Shown here: piece by piece, positions 9,042 to 18,536 of the stretch
Numbering within the stretch: the first letter of the stretch is position 1
Layout of the letters: each line of letters starts with the position of its first letter
Virus record (IMG/VR): IMGVR_UViG_3300048856_000139
Location: 1-29,785 of that record
From: a virus
Lineage: Duplodnaviria > Caudoviricetes
Direction: 5' to 3' (one strand)
Length of the DNA stretch: 29,785 nt
Notes under the pieces: generated by a model
Told to the model about the DNA's origin: nothing
Seen by the model: only the letters and a program-made list of their open reading frames with translations
The model's database searches: none
Position numbers and translations under genes: made by a program

Positions 9042-9070
9042 CTTGGCAAAATTGGCAATATCGGCCATAT
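9042..9070 (+). promoter_or_regulatory. Putative sigma70 late promoter (pR'-like)
   Basis: CTTGGC-N17-CCATAT, close to the rhizobial RpoD consensus CTTGAC-N17-CTATAT. Confidence 0.5.
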
Positions 9071-9117
9071 TGCATGAAACAATCGGCGATTTGCGCATGG
9101 CGGACGCCGTCACGAAC

Positions 9118-9146
9118 AGGTCGCCCTCCGGCGGCCTTTTTTGTTT
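9118..9146 (+). terminator. Rho-independent terminator (tR'-like)
   Basis: AGGTCGCC-ctcc-GGCGGCCT followed by TTTTTGTTT. Confidence 0.8.
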
Positions 9147-9257
9147 CTGCGTCGTCAATCCGGAAAAATCGAAGCCGCCAAGCCGGTGCCCAAAGGGCAA
9201 CGATGGCATCAATCAGCCACGCGCGGTATGGTCTTCTCCGCAGTTGCGGCATGTCTT

Positions 9258-9524
9258 CTATGGAATTAGCTGCTGTGGGGGCCATCTAAGCTTCTCCGGC
9301 TTCGCGAGAGAGCGTACGCCGTTCCGAGAATAAGCCGATGCGGCGCACCTAGGGCACTTCAAGAAACAGAATGTTGGAAGGGCATTCGCGAGCCACAGCA
9401 TTCCGCCCGCGATTGCTCCGCCGATTCCATAAGCGTTCGAGAGGAATTCTATCAGATAGACGGTGGGAATAGACACGAGCAAAATCCAGCCGGTGTACAT
9501 CCAAGCCTTCCGGTAGAGTGACAT
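9258..9524 (-). CDS. Moron: small two-TM protein with a CxxC motif
   Basis: Two hydrophobic segments then LKCPRCAAS; GGAG upstream. Confidence 0.5.
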   Translation of the reverse strand: MSLYRKAWMYTGWILLVSIPTVYLIEFLSNAYGIGGAIAGGMLWLANALPTFCFLKCPRCAASAYSRNGVRSLAKPEKLRWPPQQLIP

Positions 9525-9544
9525 CCAAGGCTCCGTTACCAGTC

Positions 9545-9742
9545 TCAGTTCTGCAGTTGTGCCAAGTCATTCTGCGCGTCAGCGAGCTCAGCAGTCCAGC
9601 GTTCTATATCTTCAGGCGTGGCCGGGACATCAAATGCGTTGGCTGCGTAAGCGTTGAGCATAGCGCGAGCCGTCCTTATGCGTGTCTGCGCTGCATCCCG
9701 TAAGAGGGAGAGAACGTACAGGTCTTGGTCATCATCCGACAT
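9545..9742 (-). CDS. Moron: small helical hypothetical protein
   Basis: MSDDDQDLYV...LAQLQN; start overlaps the upstream antisense gene. Confidence 0.55.
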   Translation of the reverse strand: MSDDDQDLYVLSLLRDAAQTRIRTARAMLNAYAANAFDVPATPEDIERWTAELADAQNDLAQLQN

Positions 9743-9983
9743 GTGTAGAAATGTACCATTCCATAGGGTCAACGCCTCGCCTGTAGGCCAGTCCCGCTTT
9801 TGCCAAGGTCTGTTTCAGGTCGATCGGGCAAAGACAGAGGTCCAATCGACGCCAGTGCTCGCCAGCAGGCCATATGGAGAAGGGGTTGTGGTCCTGCCAC
9901 ACAAGATTCTCGGGCCCAACGAGTTCGGAGAGTTCGCCAGGAGTCTCATAAGCCCGCTCCCCGTCGATTACCACGTTACACAT
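9732..9983 (-). CDS. Moron: hypothetical protein
   Basis: MCNVVIDGERAYETPGEL...LCLCPID; GGAG upstream of the ATG at 9983. Confidence 0.6.
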   Translation of the reverse strand: MCNVVIDGERAYETPGELSELVGPENLVWQDHNPFSIWPAGEHWRRLDLCLCPIDLKQTLAKAGLAYRRGVDPMEWYISTHVG

Positions 9984-10039
9984 CGCACTCCGCAAGGTTA
10001 ACCCATGCCAGTCCCGCCCAGGACTGCAGGAGCACATTC

Positions 10040-10201
10040 ATGGCCGAAGTTCAGATCGACGGCAAGGAGCTGATGCAGCAGATCACCATCTCGCTGCGTA
10101 TGCCGCCGGCCTTTGGCTTCCGCATGTGGCTGACGGCCCGCATCCTTGCGCTCGCCGGCATAGTGAGCCCGGTGCAGATCGAGGCGGAAATCCATGATTA
10201 A
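10040..10201 (+). CDS. Small hypothetical protein
   Basis: AGGAG RBS; MAEVQIDGKELM; phage-like codon usage. Confidence 0.6.
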   Translation: MAEVQIDGKELMQQITISLRMPPAFGFRMWLTARILALAGIVSPVQIEAEIHD

Positions 10202-10508
10202 GCTCTTCGGCTTCCTGTTCTTCCTCGTCGACGTGTTCTTCGAGAAGGCATTTGCTATAGCCGCAGCGCTGCATGATCGCGGTCAAGCGCGGAAAGACGA
10301 ACAGCGCCGCCGCCGGCTCTTGTCCCTCGATGCTGGCGAAGTGCGCAAGGATGGCGACCTAAGTTCCATCATCCTCGCTCGACAGGTCGAGGTGGCGAAA
10401 GGCGGTCACCTGCAGGAAGGCATGGTGCGCAAAGGCGGAATCAATCCGTGGCCGAGCAGGGTCATCACCAGGCCGGGGTCGCCGGGGCCCATGAAGCGTT
10501 ATGTTTAG
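10194..10508 (+). CDS. Hypothetical protein with hydrophobic N-terminus
   Basis: Overlaps the previous stop; 104 aa. Confidence 0.55.
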   Translation: MIKLFGFLFFLVDVFFEKAFAIAAALHDRGQARKDEQRRRRLLSLDAGEVRKDGDLSSIILARQVEVAKGGHLQEGMVRKGGINPWPSRVITRPGSPGPMKRYV

Positions 10509-10524
10509 ACCAAACCTGCGCGTG

Positions 10525-10725
10525 CTACTCCCGCCAATGCAATCCTCTGTAGCGCCAGAGGCATTTGGCCTTCGCTTCGATTTGTTCAGCAGAACGATGC
10601 GGGAACCGCTTGGCAAGAGAAGCCGAAATTACTTTCAAGTCGGCAAGTTTTTCGCGGTTTTCGCTTGCAGCTTCAGAGAGCGCAGTCAGTTGAGAAAGTA
10701 GATCCTGATCCCGATCCTTGTCCAT
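10525..10725 (-). CDS. Moron: small hypothetical protein
   Basis: MDKDRDQDLL...WRYRGLHWRE; ORF open to 10788; lower GC than flanks. Confidence 0.5.
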   Translation of the reverse strand: MDKDRDQDLLSQLTALSEAASENREKLADLKVISASLAKRFPHRSAEQIEAKAKCLWRYRGLHWRE

Positions 10726-10781
10726 GTCTGCCCAGCCGTAGTCCTTCTTATAAGCCGTGCGATCTAGTGCGATGTAATTAA

Positions 10782-11144
10782 TTGTCACATCACAAGATGT
10801 TTAACGGCAAACGTGCACAGCATAGGGCGCTCTACAATCACCCGTCCTGGCAGCCTCTCAGGCGTCGTGTCTTCCTGAGGGACAACTACACTTGCCAATG
10901 GCCCGGATGCGGCAAGCTGCTGGTGGGGAAGGGACAGGCACACAGCGCCCCAGTGGCCCACCACAAGCGCGACCATAAGGGCGACCTCAAGCTCTTCCTC
11001 GACGAAGAGAACCTCATGACAGTCTGCAAGGAATGCCATGACAGGGATGCCCAGAAGGCAACACACCGCGGGTTCGTGACAGGCCACGACGAAGACGGCC
11101 GGCCGCTGGACCCGAACCACCCATGGAACAGGAGGCGATTATGA
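10782..11144 (+). CDS. HNH endonuclease (terminase-associated, HK97 gp74-like)
   Basis: W..LR..V..RD.YTCQWPGC..AHHK..NLMTVCKECH; upstream of terminase. Start may be ATG 10797. Confidence 0.92.
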   Translation: MSHHKMFNGKRAQHRALYNHPSWQPLRRRVFLRDNYTCQWPGCGKLLVGKGQAHSAPVAHHKRDHKGDLKLFLDEENLMTVCKECHDRDAQKATHRGFVTGHDEDGRPLDPNHPWNRRRL

Positions 11145-11431
11145 ACGAGGAGCTTGAACTGGCCCTTGCTTACTGGCGCACCATGGCGCCGCAGCCCAAG
11201 GCTATTGTCTACGCCAATGCCATCGAGGCACAGCTGCAGGGTATCGAGACCAAGGTGATGGTGGTCGACCACGAGCTGACCAATGCCATCACACGCGGTG
11301 CATCCATCGCCAGGAGCAGGGGCTTGATAGTCTCGCTCGTTCAGTTCGAGGAAAAGGTGGAAGTCAAATCCGACGCCACTACCCGAGTCGACGGACGCAA
11401 GGCAAAGCACAAGCGGAAGGGCCTAACCTGA
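11141..11431 (+). CDS. Hypothetical protein
   Basis: GGAGG RBS; ATGA overlap with the HNH gene. Confidence 0.75.
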   Translation: MNEELELALAYWRTMAPQPKAIVYANAIEAQLQGIETKVMVVDHELTNAITRGASIARSRGLIVSLVQFEEKVEVKSDATTRVDGRKAKHKRKGLT

Positions 11432-11521
11432 TACTCAGCACATCGTTTTGTGTTCGTTGAGCAGGGTTGCTTTCTAGGAAGCTGGACATCTATTGCTATT
11501 TGCCGACCACAGGAGACTTAG

Positions 11522-12154
11522 ATGGAGCCTGCCGAAATACTGAAGACTCTCGTTGAACTGCCCTGGGCGTCATTGCTTACGCTTGCCTGCGGCTACACCG
11601 GCTACTTCGTTGCCCACGTCGGGGTTAGGAGCCATCATCGCACGGTCGATGTTGTATTTGCTACATTCGTTTTCGGATTTCTCGCAGCGTTCGTTTACCA
11701 AGTCTTTTTGAGGTTGGAGTGGACTGTCCTTCCTGCGTCTGCTGCTGCATTCGTCGCAGCAATAGTTTTGGGCGGGATATGGAATGCTGCAGGACGGAGT
11801 TGGTTCTACGGTGCCCTGCGCCACACGGGCACAACTGACAACGATGATCTGCCGTCTGCTTGGGCAGCGCTATTCGCTGAACGGGGGACAACAGTGTCCC
11901 AGGTCACTGTAAAGCTAGTCGATGGGACATGGCTGAAGTGTGATCGCGTCGCTCAATTCGAGATGAGTCCGAACGGGCCGTTGGTGTTTGGCGGGCAGGG
12001 CGACCTATTGATGTATGTAACACATCAACAGGGGCCGAATGACGACGCTTTCGAACCCTGCGTGGATGTAACGAACGCAGATTGGGGAGATGAGATCACC
12101 TACATCCCAAAGGAGCAGATCGTCAGAGTTGATATCCGCAAGAAGCTTCGGTGA
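11522..12154 (+). CDS. Moron: membrane protein, three N-terminal TMs plus soluble beta-rich C-terminal domain (DUF6338-like)
   Basis: AGGAG RBS; lower GC; SAWAALF..VTVKLVDGTWL..YIPKEQIVRVDI pattern. Family assignment from memory. Confidence 0.7.
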   Translation: MEPAEILKTLVELPWASLLTLACGYTGYFVAHVGVRSHHRTVDVVFATFVFGFLAAFVYQVFLRLEWTVLPASAAAFVAAIVLGGIWNAAGRSWFYGALRHTGTTDNDDLPSAWAALFAERGTTVSQVTVKLVDGTWLKCDRVAQFEMSPNGPLVFGGQGDLLMYVTHQQGPNDDAFEPCVDVTNADWGDEITYIPKEQIVRVDIRKKLR

Positions 12155-12301
12155 TTACTTCTTCCTTGGTGCAGGGGGCGGTGTGTGCCCTTGGTTGGTC
12201 GTTGGTTTGGAGTTGGCCTGCCCAGGTCCTCTTGTAGGTGTAGGAACGTAGTTCTTTTGTACCGTCGCGGGGCTTGGTGGTGCAGATTTTTTGTCGCTCA
12301 T
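12155..12301 (-). CDS. 48-aa Pro/Thr-rich basic peptide (absent from the ORF track)
   Basis: AGGAGG RBS; MSDKKSAPPSPATVQKNYVPTPTRGPGQANSKPTTNQGHTPPPAPRKK; stop abuts the convergent gene's stop. Confidence 0.65.
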   Translation of the reverse strand: MSDKKSAPPSPATVQKNYVPTPTRGPGQANSKPTTNQGHTPPPAPRKK

Positions 12302-12502
12302 ATGGTCGTCCTCCTAAAGTAGCCGAGTGAAGCATGGCGATCTACTAAGAGTCGAGTCTGATCTGCCGGCTAGGATACCTGTCGAGGGATAGAGGTTGTG
12401 GGAGACCACCCCGGCGAATCTTAAAGACCCCCTCATGGGCCCAAACCCGAGCGCCCCCAACATTTTCACTCAGATCAGTCCTGAAGGGCGGGTAGGGGTT
12501 CC

Positions 12503-12913
12503 ATGACCACCGTAAAGGCTACGCAGCCCCGCTACAGCCAGATATTCCGCGGCAATCCTGAACGCGCGGAGCTGGCTTGCCTCTACTGGAAAGAGACAAT
12601 CTCCGCACTCAAGCTGGCCGGCAATCTCACGGTTGCGAACCTCGCCCGAGCTGATCGGTATGTGCGGGCGAAGGTCGAATATGAGTGCCTTTATCCGGAC
12701 GCGGCGGAGGAGGGACCGGTGAAGGCTGGGCCGAACGGCGGGGATGTCTTCAACTTCACCTGGTCGGCCTGCGAGAAGCTCAATGACCGGCTCCTGAAAC
12801 TCGAGAAAGCGATGTTTGGCGAGGCGACGGCCAGTGTCCCAAAAGAAAAGCCGAAAGCCGGCAGCGCGCCAAGCGACGAGTTCCTTGGATCCCACAACGG
12901 AGTACGCCAGTAA
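12503..12913 (+). CDS. terS: Terminase small subunit (P27-like)
   Basis: W......L...G.LT..N ... EEGPV...NG pattern; directly upstream of and overlapping terL. Confidence 0.85.
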   Translation: MTTVKATQPRYSQIFRGNPERAELACLYWKETISALKLAGNLTVANLARADRYVRAKVEYECLYPDAAEEGPVKAGPNGGDVFNFTWSACEKLNDRLLKLEKAMFGEATASVPKEKPKAGSAPSDEFLGSHNGVRQ

Positions 12914-14657
12914 GGTCGTCGCAGGACAGATTATCGCCGGCCGGTTTGTCAGGGCTTCGTGCAAGCGCCACCTCGAGGATCTGAAAAGCGGTGCCAAGCG
13001 CGGCCTGAGGTTCGATACAGAAGAGGCCGCGAGGGCATTCCGTTTCTTCCCAGCCATGTTCACAGTCACAGCCGGCGCCAAGGCCGGGCAGCCGTTCCAC
13101 CTTCTGGAGTGGATGACCTTTGTCGTCGGCAGCCTTTTTGGATGGCGGAACCCGGACGGGACGCGGCGCTTCCGACATGCATGGATCGAAACAGGGAAGG
13201 GGCAGGCCAAGTCACCGCTGATGGGCGCGATTGGCGTCTACATGATCGGCTTTTGCGGTGTTCAACGTGCCGAGGCTTACGCGATCGCGAACGACCGCGA
13301 CCAGGCCAAGGTGCTGTTCTCCGACGCCGTGGCGCTTTGCAGGGCCGAGATACCGGGGCGGGATGGCGCAACTCTGGAGAGCCTCGGCAAGGTCATCATC
13401 CGTGGTGTTGGTGACAATGCCTGGAAGATCGAGGTTCCGGAAAGCGGTTCAAAGTTTCTGCCGGTTGCGTCAGGCGACAGTATCTCCGGGCCGAAGCCGA
13501 TTGCGGTCTTAGGCGACGAAATCCATGAGATGAGGTCCGACAAGGGCATCCAGTTGTGGAAGGCCGCTATCGACAAGATGCCGGGTGACCCTCTGATGAT
13601 CCTCGGCACCAATACGCCGGCCTCTGATCAGGCGGTGGCGACCGATCTTTCGGAGTTCTACCAGCGGGTGGCAGAAGGGCTGATCGAGGATGACAGCGCG
13701 TTCTCCTACATCGCGCGTGTGGATGAGACGGACGACCCGTTCAACGACGAAACCTGCTGGGTGAAGGCGCTTCCGGCACTCGGCGTGACCTATCCGATCG
13801 AGAACGTGCGGCGCCGTGTGGAGACAGCCAAGCATATCTCCTCGGAGCGGCTGGCAACGGAGCGCCTCTACTTCGGCAAGCCGGTGGGGTCTTCCGGATT
13901 CTGGCTTGAGGATGAGGCTGCATGGAGGGCGGTGCAAGCACCTGTTTTGGAGGGAAATCTCACCGGTTTGGCCTGCTTCCTCGCACTCGATCTGTCCAAA
14001 AAGAACGATTTGACCGCGCTTTCAGCCTGCTGGCGCGACAGGAACGACAATCTGACAGCAAAGACCTGGTACTGGACGACCCGCGGCGGTCTCGCCAGGC
14101 GCGAAGCGGATGATCGAACGCCCTACTCGGCCTATGCTGATCAAGGATATCTGACGATCTGCGACGGTGAGGTGATCGACTATACATTCGTCGCCCAACG
14201 GGTCGCGGAGCTCGGCGCCAGCCAGAAAGTCGACAGCCTGACGGTGGACCCAGCGTATGTGTCGGACTTCATCGCGGCCTGCGATCAGATCGGGCTTCAG
14301 GTCTGGCGGTACATGGGTCCGAAGGAGCCTGCCGGCGTCGGATTGAAGATCGTCACCCATGCGCAGGGAACCCGCATCGCCTTCGAGGACCGGCAGCTTT
14401 GCATGCCGCACTCGATCAGCCGGCTGACGGACAAGATCCTTAACCGGCAGATCACGATCGATGCCAACAAGATGACGGACGTCTGCGCCTCAAACACGAT
14501 CCTGACGACTGATGGGGTCGGTAACCAGGCTTTCGACAAGCGCCGGTCTCGGGGCCGCATCGACGGAATGGTCTCCATCGCCATGGCGGTCGGGGCATCG
14601 AAATCCGAGCGGAAAGGCAAGCGCAGCTACATGGAAAGCGGAGTGTTGTTCACATGA
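12816..14657 (+). CDS. terL: Terminase large subunit
   Basis: Walker A GKGQAKS, Walker B VLGDEIHE, nuclease motifs ALDLSKKNDLTA and RIDG. Start codon uncertain. Confidence 0.97.
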   Translation: MARRRPVSQKKSRKPAARQATSSLDPTTEYASKVVAGQIIAGRFVRASCKRHLEDLKSGAKRGLRFDTEEAARAFRFFPAMFTVTAGAKAGQPFHLLEWMTFVVGSLFGWRNPDGTRRFRHAWIETGKGQAKSPLMGAIGVYMIGFCGVQRAEAYAIANDRDQAKVLFSDAVALCRAEIPGRDGATLESLGKVIIRGVGDNAWKIEVPESGSKFLPVASGDSISGPKPIAVLGDEIHEMRSDKGIQLWKAAIDKMPGDPLMILGTNTPASDQAVATDLSEFYQRVAEGLIEDDSAFSYIARVDETDDPFNDETCWVKALPALGVTYPIENVRRRVETAKHISSERLATERLYFGKPVGSSGFWLEDEAAWRAVQAPVLEGNLTGLACFLALDLSKKNDLTALSACWRDRNDNLTAKTWYWTTRGGLARREADDRTPYSAYADQGYLTICDGEVIDYTFVAQRVAELGASQKVDSLTVDPAYVSDFIAACDQIGLQVWRYMGPKEPAGVGLKIVTHAQGTRIAFEDRQLCMPHSISRLTDKILNRQITIDANKMTDVCASNTILTTDGVGNQAFDKRRSRGRIDGMVSIAMAVGASKSERKGKRSYMESGVLFT

Positions 14658-15835
14658 GGCTGTGGCCATTTTCTCGGGAGACGAAGGACTGGGACCGCAA
14701 CGGGAACCGCTTCCACCAGGAATACGTGATCGAGCGGGAGATCCTTGCCAGCGAAAAGCACCTGAAGGTCACGGCAGCTCTGGCGGCTGGGCTTCGGATT
14801 GCCGAAGGCGTGGCAGCCATGCCGATCATCGCGGGAAAGAAGACCTATGACGATCAGGGCCGGATGATCCGCACCCCCGTCATGGATGGCGATCTTGCCG
14901 AACGGCTCACGGCTCGCCCCAACGACTACATGACGCCGGTGGAATTTGTCGAATGCCTGACGATGCATGCGGTATTCGAAGGTGTCGGCAGGGCATACAT
15001 CGACCGCGGCTATCGTGGCCGGATCAAGCGCCTGATCCCACTCGTGGACGGGCAGGTGTCGCTGCTGAAGGACCCGGAAGACGGGACTGTGACCTACAGG
15101 GGTACAATTCCGGGCATCGGCCATCGGGATGACATGACCCGTGCCGACTTCATCGAGATTACCGCTCCTCGCTGGCAGGACATAGAGGGTCTGGATATCT
15201 CCACCGAGATCCGCAAGGTCCTGTCGCTTTCGATGACGCTTGAGGATCGACAGTCCGATGATGGAAAACGAAAGGCCGTCCCGGGATACCTGACCACGAA
15301 CGAAGTGCTGGGCGAAGACAGCGCAAAGCTCGTGCAGGAAGCGCTCAAGGACAAGCTTCAGGGCGCTCCGATCTTCGATAGCGGCGTTCAGTACAAGAGC
15401 ATCGTTCCGACCCAGGCGGAGATGCAGATGATGGAAACGCGGCGCTTCCTCATCGAGGAGGTGGCGCGCGCATATGGCATCCACCCGATCTTCCTCGCCC
15501 ACGATGCTGCCGGCCAGTCTCTCACCCGCATTGCCGACGCGATGGATTATCACGTGACGGTGACGCTGCGACCCTGGGCGAACCGATGGGAACAGGCGAT
15601 TGCCTTCTCGCTGCTGAAGCCGGGCGAATACGTCAACCTCGATGAGACGCAGTATTACCGGGGCGACCTGAAGACCTGGGGCGAATACGCGGCCAAGGCC
15701 CTCGGCAACAATACCGCATGGGAAACCCAGAACGATATCCGCGCTCGCATGGGGCAAAACCCTCTGCAGGGCGGCGATGTGCTACCGAAGAACGAGGCAA
15801 GCAATGGACCTGGAAAAGAAGTTCGCCCGTCTTGA
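14654..15835 (+). CDS. HK97-family portal protein
   Basis: RIAEGVAAMP, RPNDYMT, ETRRF..EEVARAYGIHP, TQNDIR motifs; follows terL. Confidence 0.95.
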   Translation: MRLWPFSRETKDWDRNGNRFHQEYVIEREILASEKHLKVTAALAAGLRIAEGVAAMPIIAGKKTYDDQGRMIRTPVMDGDLAERLTARPNDYMTPVEFVECLTMHAVFEGVGRAYIDRGYRGRIKRLIPLVDGQVSLLKDPEDGTVTYRGTIPGIGHRDDMTRADFIEITAPRWQDIEGLDISTEIRKVLSLSMTLEDRQSDDGKRKAVPGYLTTNEVLGEDSAKLVQEALKDKLQGAPIFDSGVQYKSIVPTQAEMQMMETRRFLIEEVARAYGIHPIFLAHDAAGQSLTRIADAMDYHVTVTLRPWANRWEQAIAFSLLKPGEYVNLDETQYYRGDLKTWGEYAAKALGNNTAWETQNDIRARMGQNPLQGGDVLPKNEASNGPGKEVRPS

Positions 15836-16454
15836 CGATGAGACGGTGAAGGAGGACGGCACCTTCTCCGGCTACGCCTCCAAGTTCAATGTGGTGGACC
15901 AGGGTGGCGACATCGTTGTGCCCGGCGCCTTCCGCAGAAGCCTTGCCCAGCGCAAGCCCAAAATGCTCTGGGGTCACGACAGCAACCAGCCGATCGGCGT
16001 CTGGACCGCCGTTGAGGAAGACGACATCGGTCTCAAGGTCGAGGGCAAGCTTCTCCTCGACATTTCGAAGGGCCGTGAAGTCCACCAGATGATGAAGGCG
16101 AAGGTCGTCGAGGCCATGTCGATCGGTTACCTGACTCGGAAGTCGGAAACCCGCGGCGGCAACCGGGCTCTTCTCGACCTCGATCTCCTTGAGATTTCCG
16201 TCGTCACCTTCCCCATGCTGGAAGAGGCGAGGATCGATGCGGTGAAGAGCATCGAAAAGGTAGTGCAGGCGTCGAAGTCGGGAGATTTCGCGCCCCTGAA
16301 ACGTGCCGTGGAGGGCGCCTTGCGAGACGCGGGCTTTCCGGCATGGATGGCGAAGGCTCAGGCAGCTCTCGCCCCCCAAGCTCTGAGCGATGGATCGCGT
16401 GACGCATCCGCTTCGGAGATCGCGAAGCTCATTCGAGAGAGCTTCAAAGTCTAA
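15804..16454 (+). CDS. HK97-family prohead protease
   Basis: FSGYASKF..VD..GD....GAF, MLWGHD (His), MSIGY (Ser), LLEISVVTFP. Confidence 0.96.
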   Translation: MDLEKKFARLDDETVKEDGTFSGYASKFNVVDQGGDIVVPGAFRRSLAQRKPKMLWGHDSNQPIGVWTAVEEDDIGLKVEGKLLLDISKGREVHQMMKAKVVEAMSIGYLTRKSETRGGNRALLDLDLLEISVVTFPMLEEARIDAVKSIEKVVQASKSGDFAPLKRAVEGALRDAGFPAWMAKAQAALAPQALSDGSRDASASEIAKLIRESFKV

Positions 16455-16478
16455 CGATCCATTCGAGGAGAAAACACG

Positions 16479-17660
16479 ATGGATATGGAGATCAAGTCCG
16501 CCATTGAGGCGGCAACCAAGGAAATTGGCTCCACGCTTTCCGAGGTGAAGAAGGCGCAGACCGAGCTTTCCGAGAAGCTTGCGGTGCTGGACCAGAAGAA
16601 GGCAGCCGGCGAGGACGTGACCGAAATCAAGGGCCGCATCGATGAGAGCCGCAAGGAGCTCACCGATCTTGGCGAGATGGTCACCGACCTGACCAAGAGG
16701 CTGAGCGCCAAGAACCAGGAAACGAAGACCTTCGGCCGCATCGTCGCGGAGCAGAAGGATTTTGCCAACCGGATCCGCTCCGGCGACCGGATCGAGGTGA
16801 AGGACATCACGTCGGCGTCCTTTGGGACCATCACGCTGCCGGCCGGTGTTCGCCGCCAGAACCGCGGCCTGATCGAGCCGGTCAACCAGGCACTCTTCCT
16901 GCGCGACGTTATCCCGACACTGGCAACCTCGGCTGCCGTGATCGAGTACCTGCAGGAGACCGGCTACACCAACAATGCTGCGACGGTGGCGCCTGGTGCC
17001 CTCAAGCCTCAGTCGGACCTCACCTTTGCTGCGAAGTCGGCACCGATGGTGAAGATGGCTCACTGGTTCCGCGTCAACGAGGAAACCCTCGACGACGTGG
17101 ACGGGATGGAAGGTTACATCAACCAGCGCGGTCTCTACGGTCTGCAGTTGAAGGAAGAAGGGGAGGTGCTGAACGGCGACGGTACGGCAAACCGTGTCGA
17201 TGGGCTGATCGCCAACTCCACGACCTACGACAACACGACTGTCCCGGGCGTAGTACCTGCGAATGCCATGGACGACATTCGTGTCGCCATCGCGCAGGTC
17301 TCCGAAGCCGATCTCGTTGCCACGGCCATTGTCATGAACCATCTCGATGCCGCGGCGCTCGACCTGGCGAAGGATGCTGATGGCCGCTACCTGCATCCGG
17401 CCTTTGCCGGCAACACCGCCTGGGGCTTGCCGGTCGTTCGCACCAAGGGCCTTGCACAGGGCAACTTCCTTGTCGGCGGCTTCGTCGGCAACACAATCCT
17501 GTGGCAGCGCAAGGGCATCGAAATCCGCCGGTCGACCGAGGATCGCGACAACTTCATCGCGAACAAGGTCACGATCCTCCTTGAAGAGCGGATCCAGCTC
17601 GAAACGCTGCGCCCGGAAGGCATCGTCTACGGCGCCCTGACCGCCCCTGCTTCTCCCTGA
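16479..17660 (+). CDS. HK97-family major capsid protein
   Basis: Coiled-coil delta domain, LNGDGT, AIVMN..D...L...KDADGRYL, WGLPVV. Confidence 0.97.
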   Translation: MDMEIKSAIEAATKEIGSTLSEVKKAQTELSEKLAVLDQKKAAGEDVTEIKGRIDESRKELTDLGEMVTDLTKRLSAKNQETKTFGRIVAEQKDFANRIRSGDRIEVKDITSASFGTITLPAGVRRQNRGLIEPVNQALFLRDVIPTLATSAAVIEYLQETGYTNNAATVAPGALKPQSDLTFAAKSAPMVKMAHWFRVNEETLDDVDGMEGYINQRGLYGLQLKEEGEVLNGDGTANRVDGLIANSTTYDNTTVPGVVPANAMDDIRVAIAQVSEADLVATAIVMNHLDAAALDLAKDADGRYLHPAFAGNTAWGLPVVRTKGLAQGNFLVGGFVGNTILWQRKGIEIRRSTEDRDNFIANKVTILLEERIQLETLRPEGIVYGALTAPASP

Positions 17661-17676
17661 TCCTGACGAGGGCAAG

Positions 17677-18198
17677 ATGAAGATCGAACAGTCCGGCGAG
17701 CCGATTGGCGAAGTCCTCTCGCTTGCCCTCGCCAAACAGCACTGCCGCGTCCGTCATTCCGACGATGACACGGTGATGCAGCACTACATCGACGCTGCCG
17801 TGGATTGGGTGGAAGAGGCTTGCCAGACAGTGCTCCTCGAAACGCCGTTCACGGCAACGGGCGATGACTTTACCCTCGTTTTCGCAGGCTATCCGAATCC
17901 GGTCATCTCGGAGATCACCTACACCGATGTGCTCGGCGTGCCAGGCACGGTGACCGCGTGGGAGATCAGAGACGGGCGGCTCCATGTCGAGGACCCACCC
18001 GAAGTGTCATCGGTAACGGTCGCGTTCAGGGCAGGGATCGGCGCCGGCAACATTCCGCCGAAGCTCTTGCAGGCCGCTCTGATGCTGACGGCCAGTTTCT
18101 ATCTCCAGAGAGCGGACCTGACGACCGAAACAGCGAGCAGCGTTCCCATGGGCGTTCGCGCCATGATCGCACACCACCGGAGCTTCGCATTCGGATGA
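17677..18198 (+). CDS. Head-tail connector (gp6-like)
   Basis: LSLALAKQHCRV..DDD....YIDAA; LLQAALML...Y.QR. Confidence 0.9.
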   Translation: MKIEQSGEPIGEVLSLALAKQHCRVRHSDDDTVMQHYIDAAVDWVEEACQTVLLETPFTATGDDFTLVFAGYPNPVISEITYTDVLGVPGTVTAWEIRDGRLHVEDPPEVSSVTVAFRAGIGAGNIPPKLLQAALMLTASFYLQRADLTTETASSVPMGVRAMIAHHRSFAFG

Positions 18199-18536
18199 TG
18201 GACGTTGGAAGGATGGATTACCTAGTCGTCTTCGAAGAGCCGGCCAAGATTTCCGATGGGCATGGGGGGACTGTGAATGGCTGGGGCAACCCGGTCACGG
18301 CGGACGCTGCATTCCGTTTTCTGCGAGGTGGAGAAACCGTACAGGCGGCGCGCCTGGCGGGCCGTCAGCCAATCGTCGTCACCGTTCACGACAACTCGCA
18401 GACGGGGGCGGTCAATACCCGCTGGCGCATGCGCGATGTCAGGACGGGCGAGGTCTTCAATGTCCGCAGCGGCCCGGTACCGACCGATAATCGGCAGTAT
18501 CTTGAATTCACCGTCGAGGGCGGCGTTGCGACATGA
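18195..18536 (+). CDS. Head closure / head-tail adaptor
   Basis: DGHGG...W, GETVQAARL, FNVRS; position after the connector. Confidence 0.88.
   Translation: MMDVGRMDYLVVFEEPAKISDGHGGTVNGWGNPVTADAAFRFLRGGETVQAARLAGRQPIVVTVHDNSQTGAVNTRWRMRDVRTGEVFNVRSGPVPTDNRQYLEFTVEGGVAT

Noticed and set aside
12330-12500. cos site upstream of terS
   Set aside because: Expected here for HNH/HK97-type packaging, but I cannot identify the cohesive-end sequence, so it is not called.
15633-17735. 700-aa antisense ORF and similar long antisense ORFs (14627-15757, 23217-24239, 24613-25572, 391-1104)
   Set aside because: Mirror frames of well-supported genes with strong GC3 bias; no motifs.
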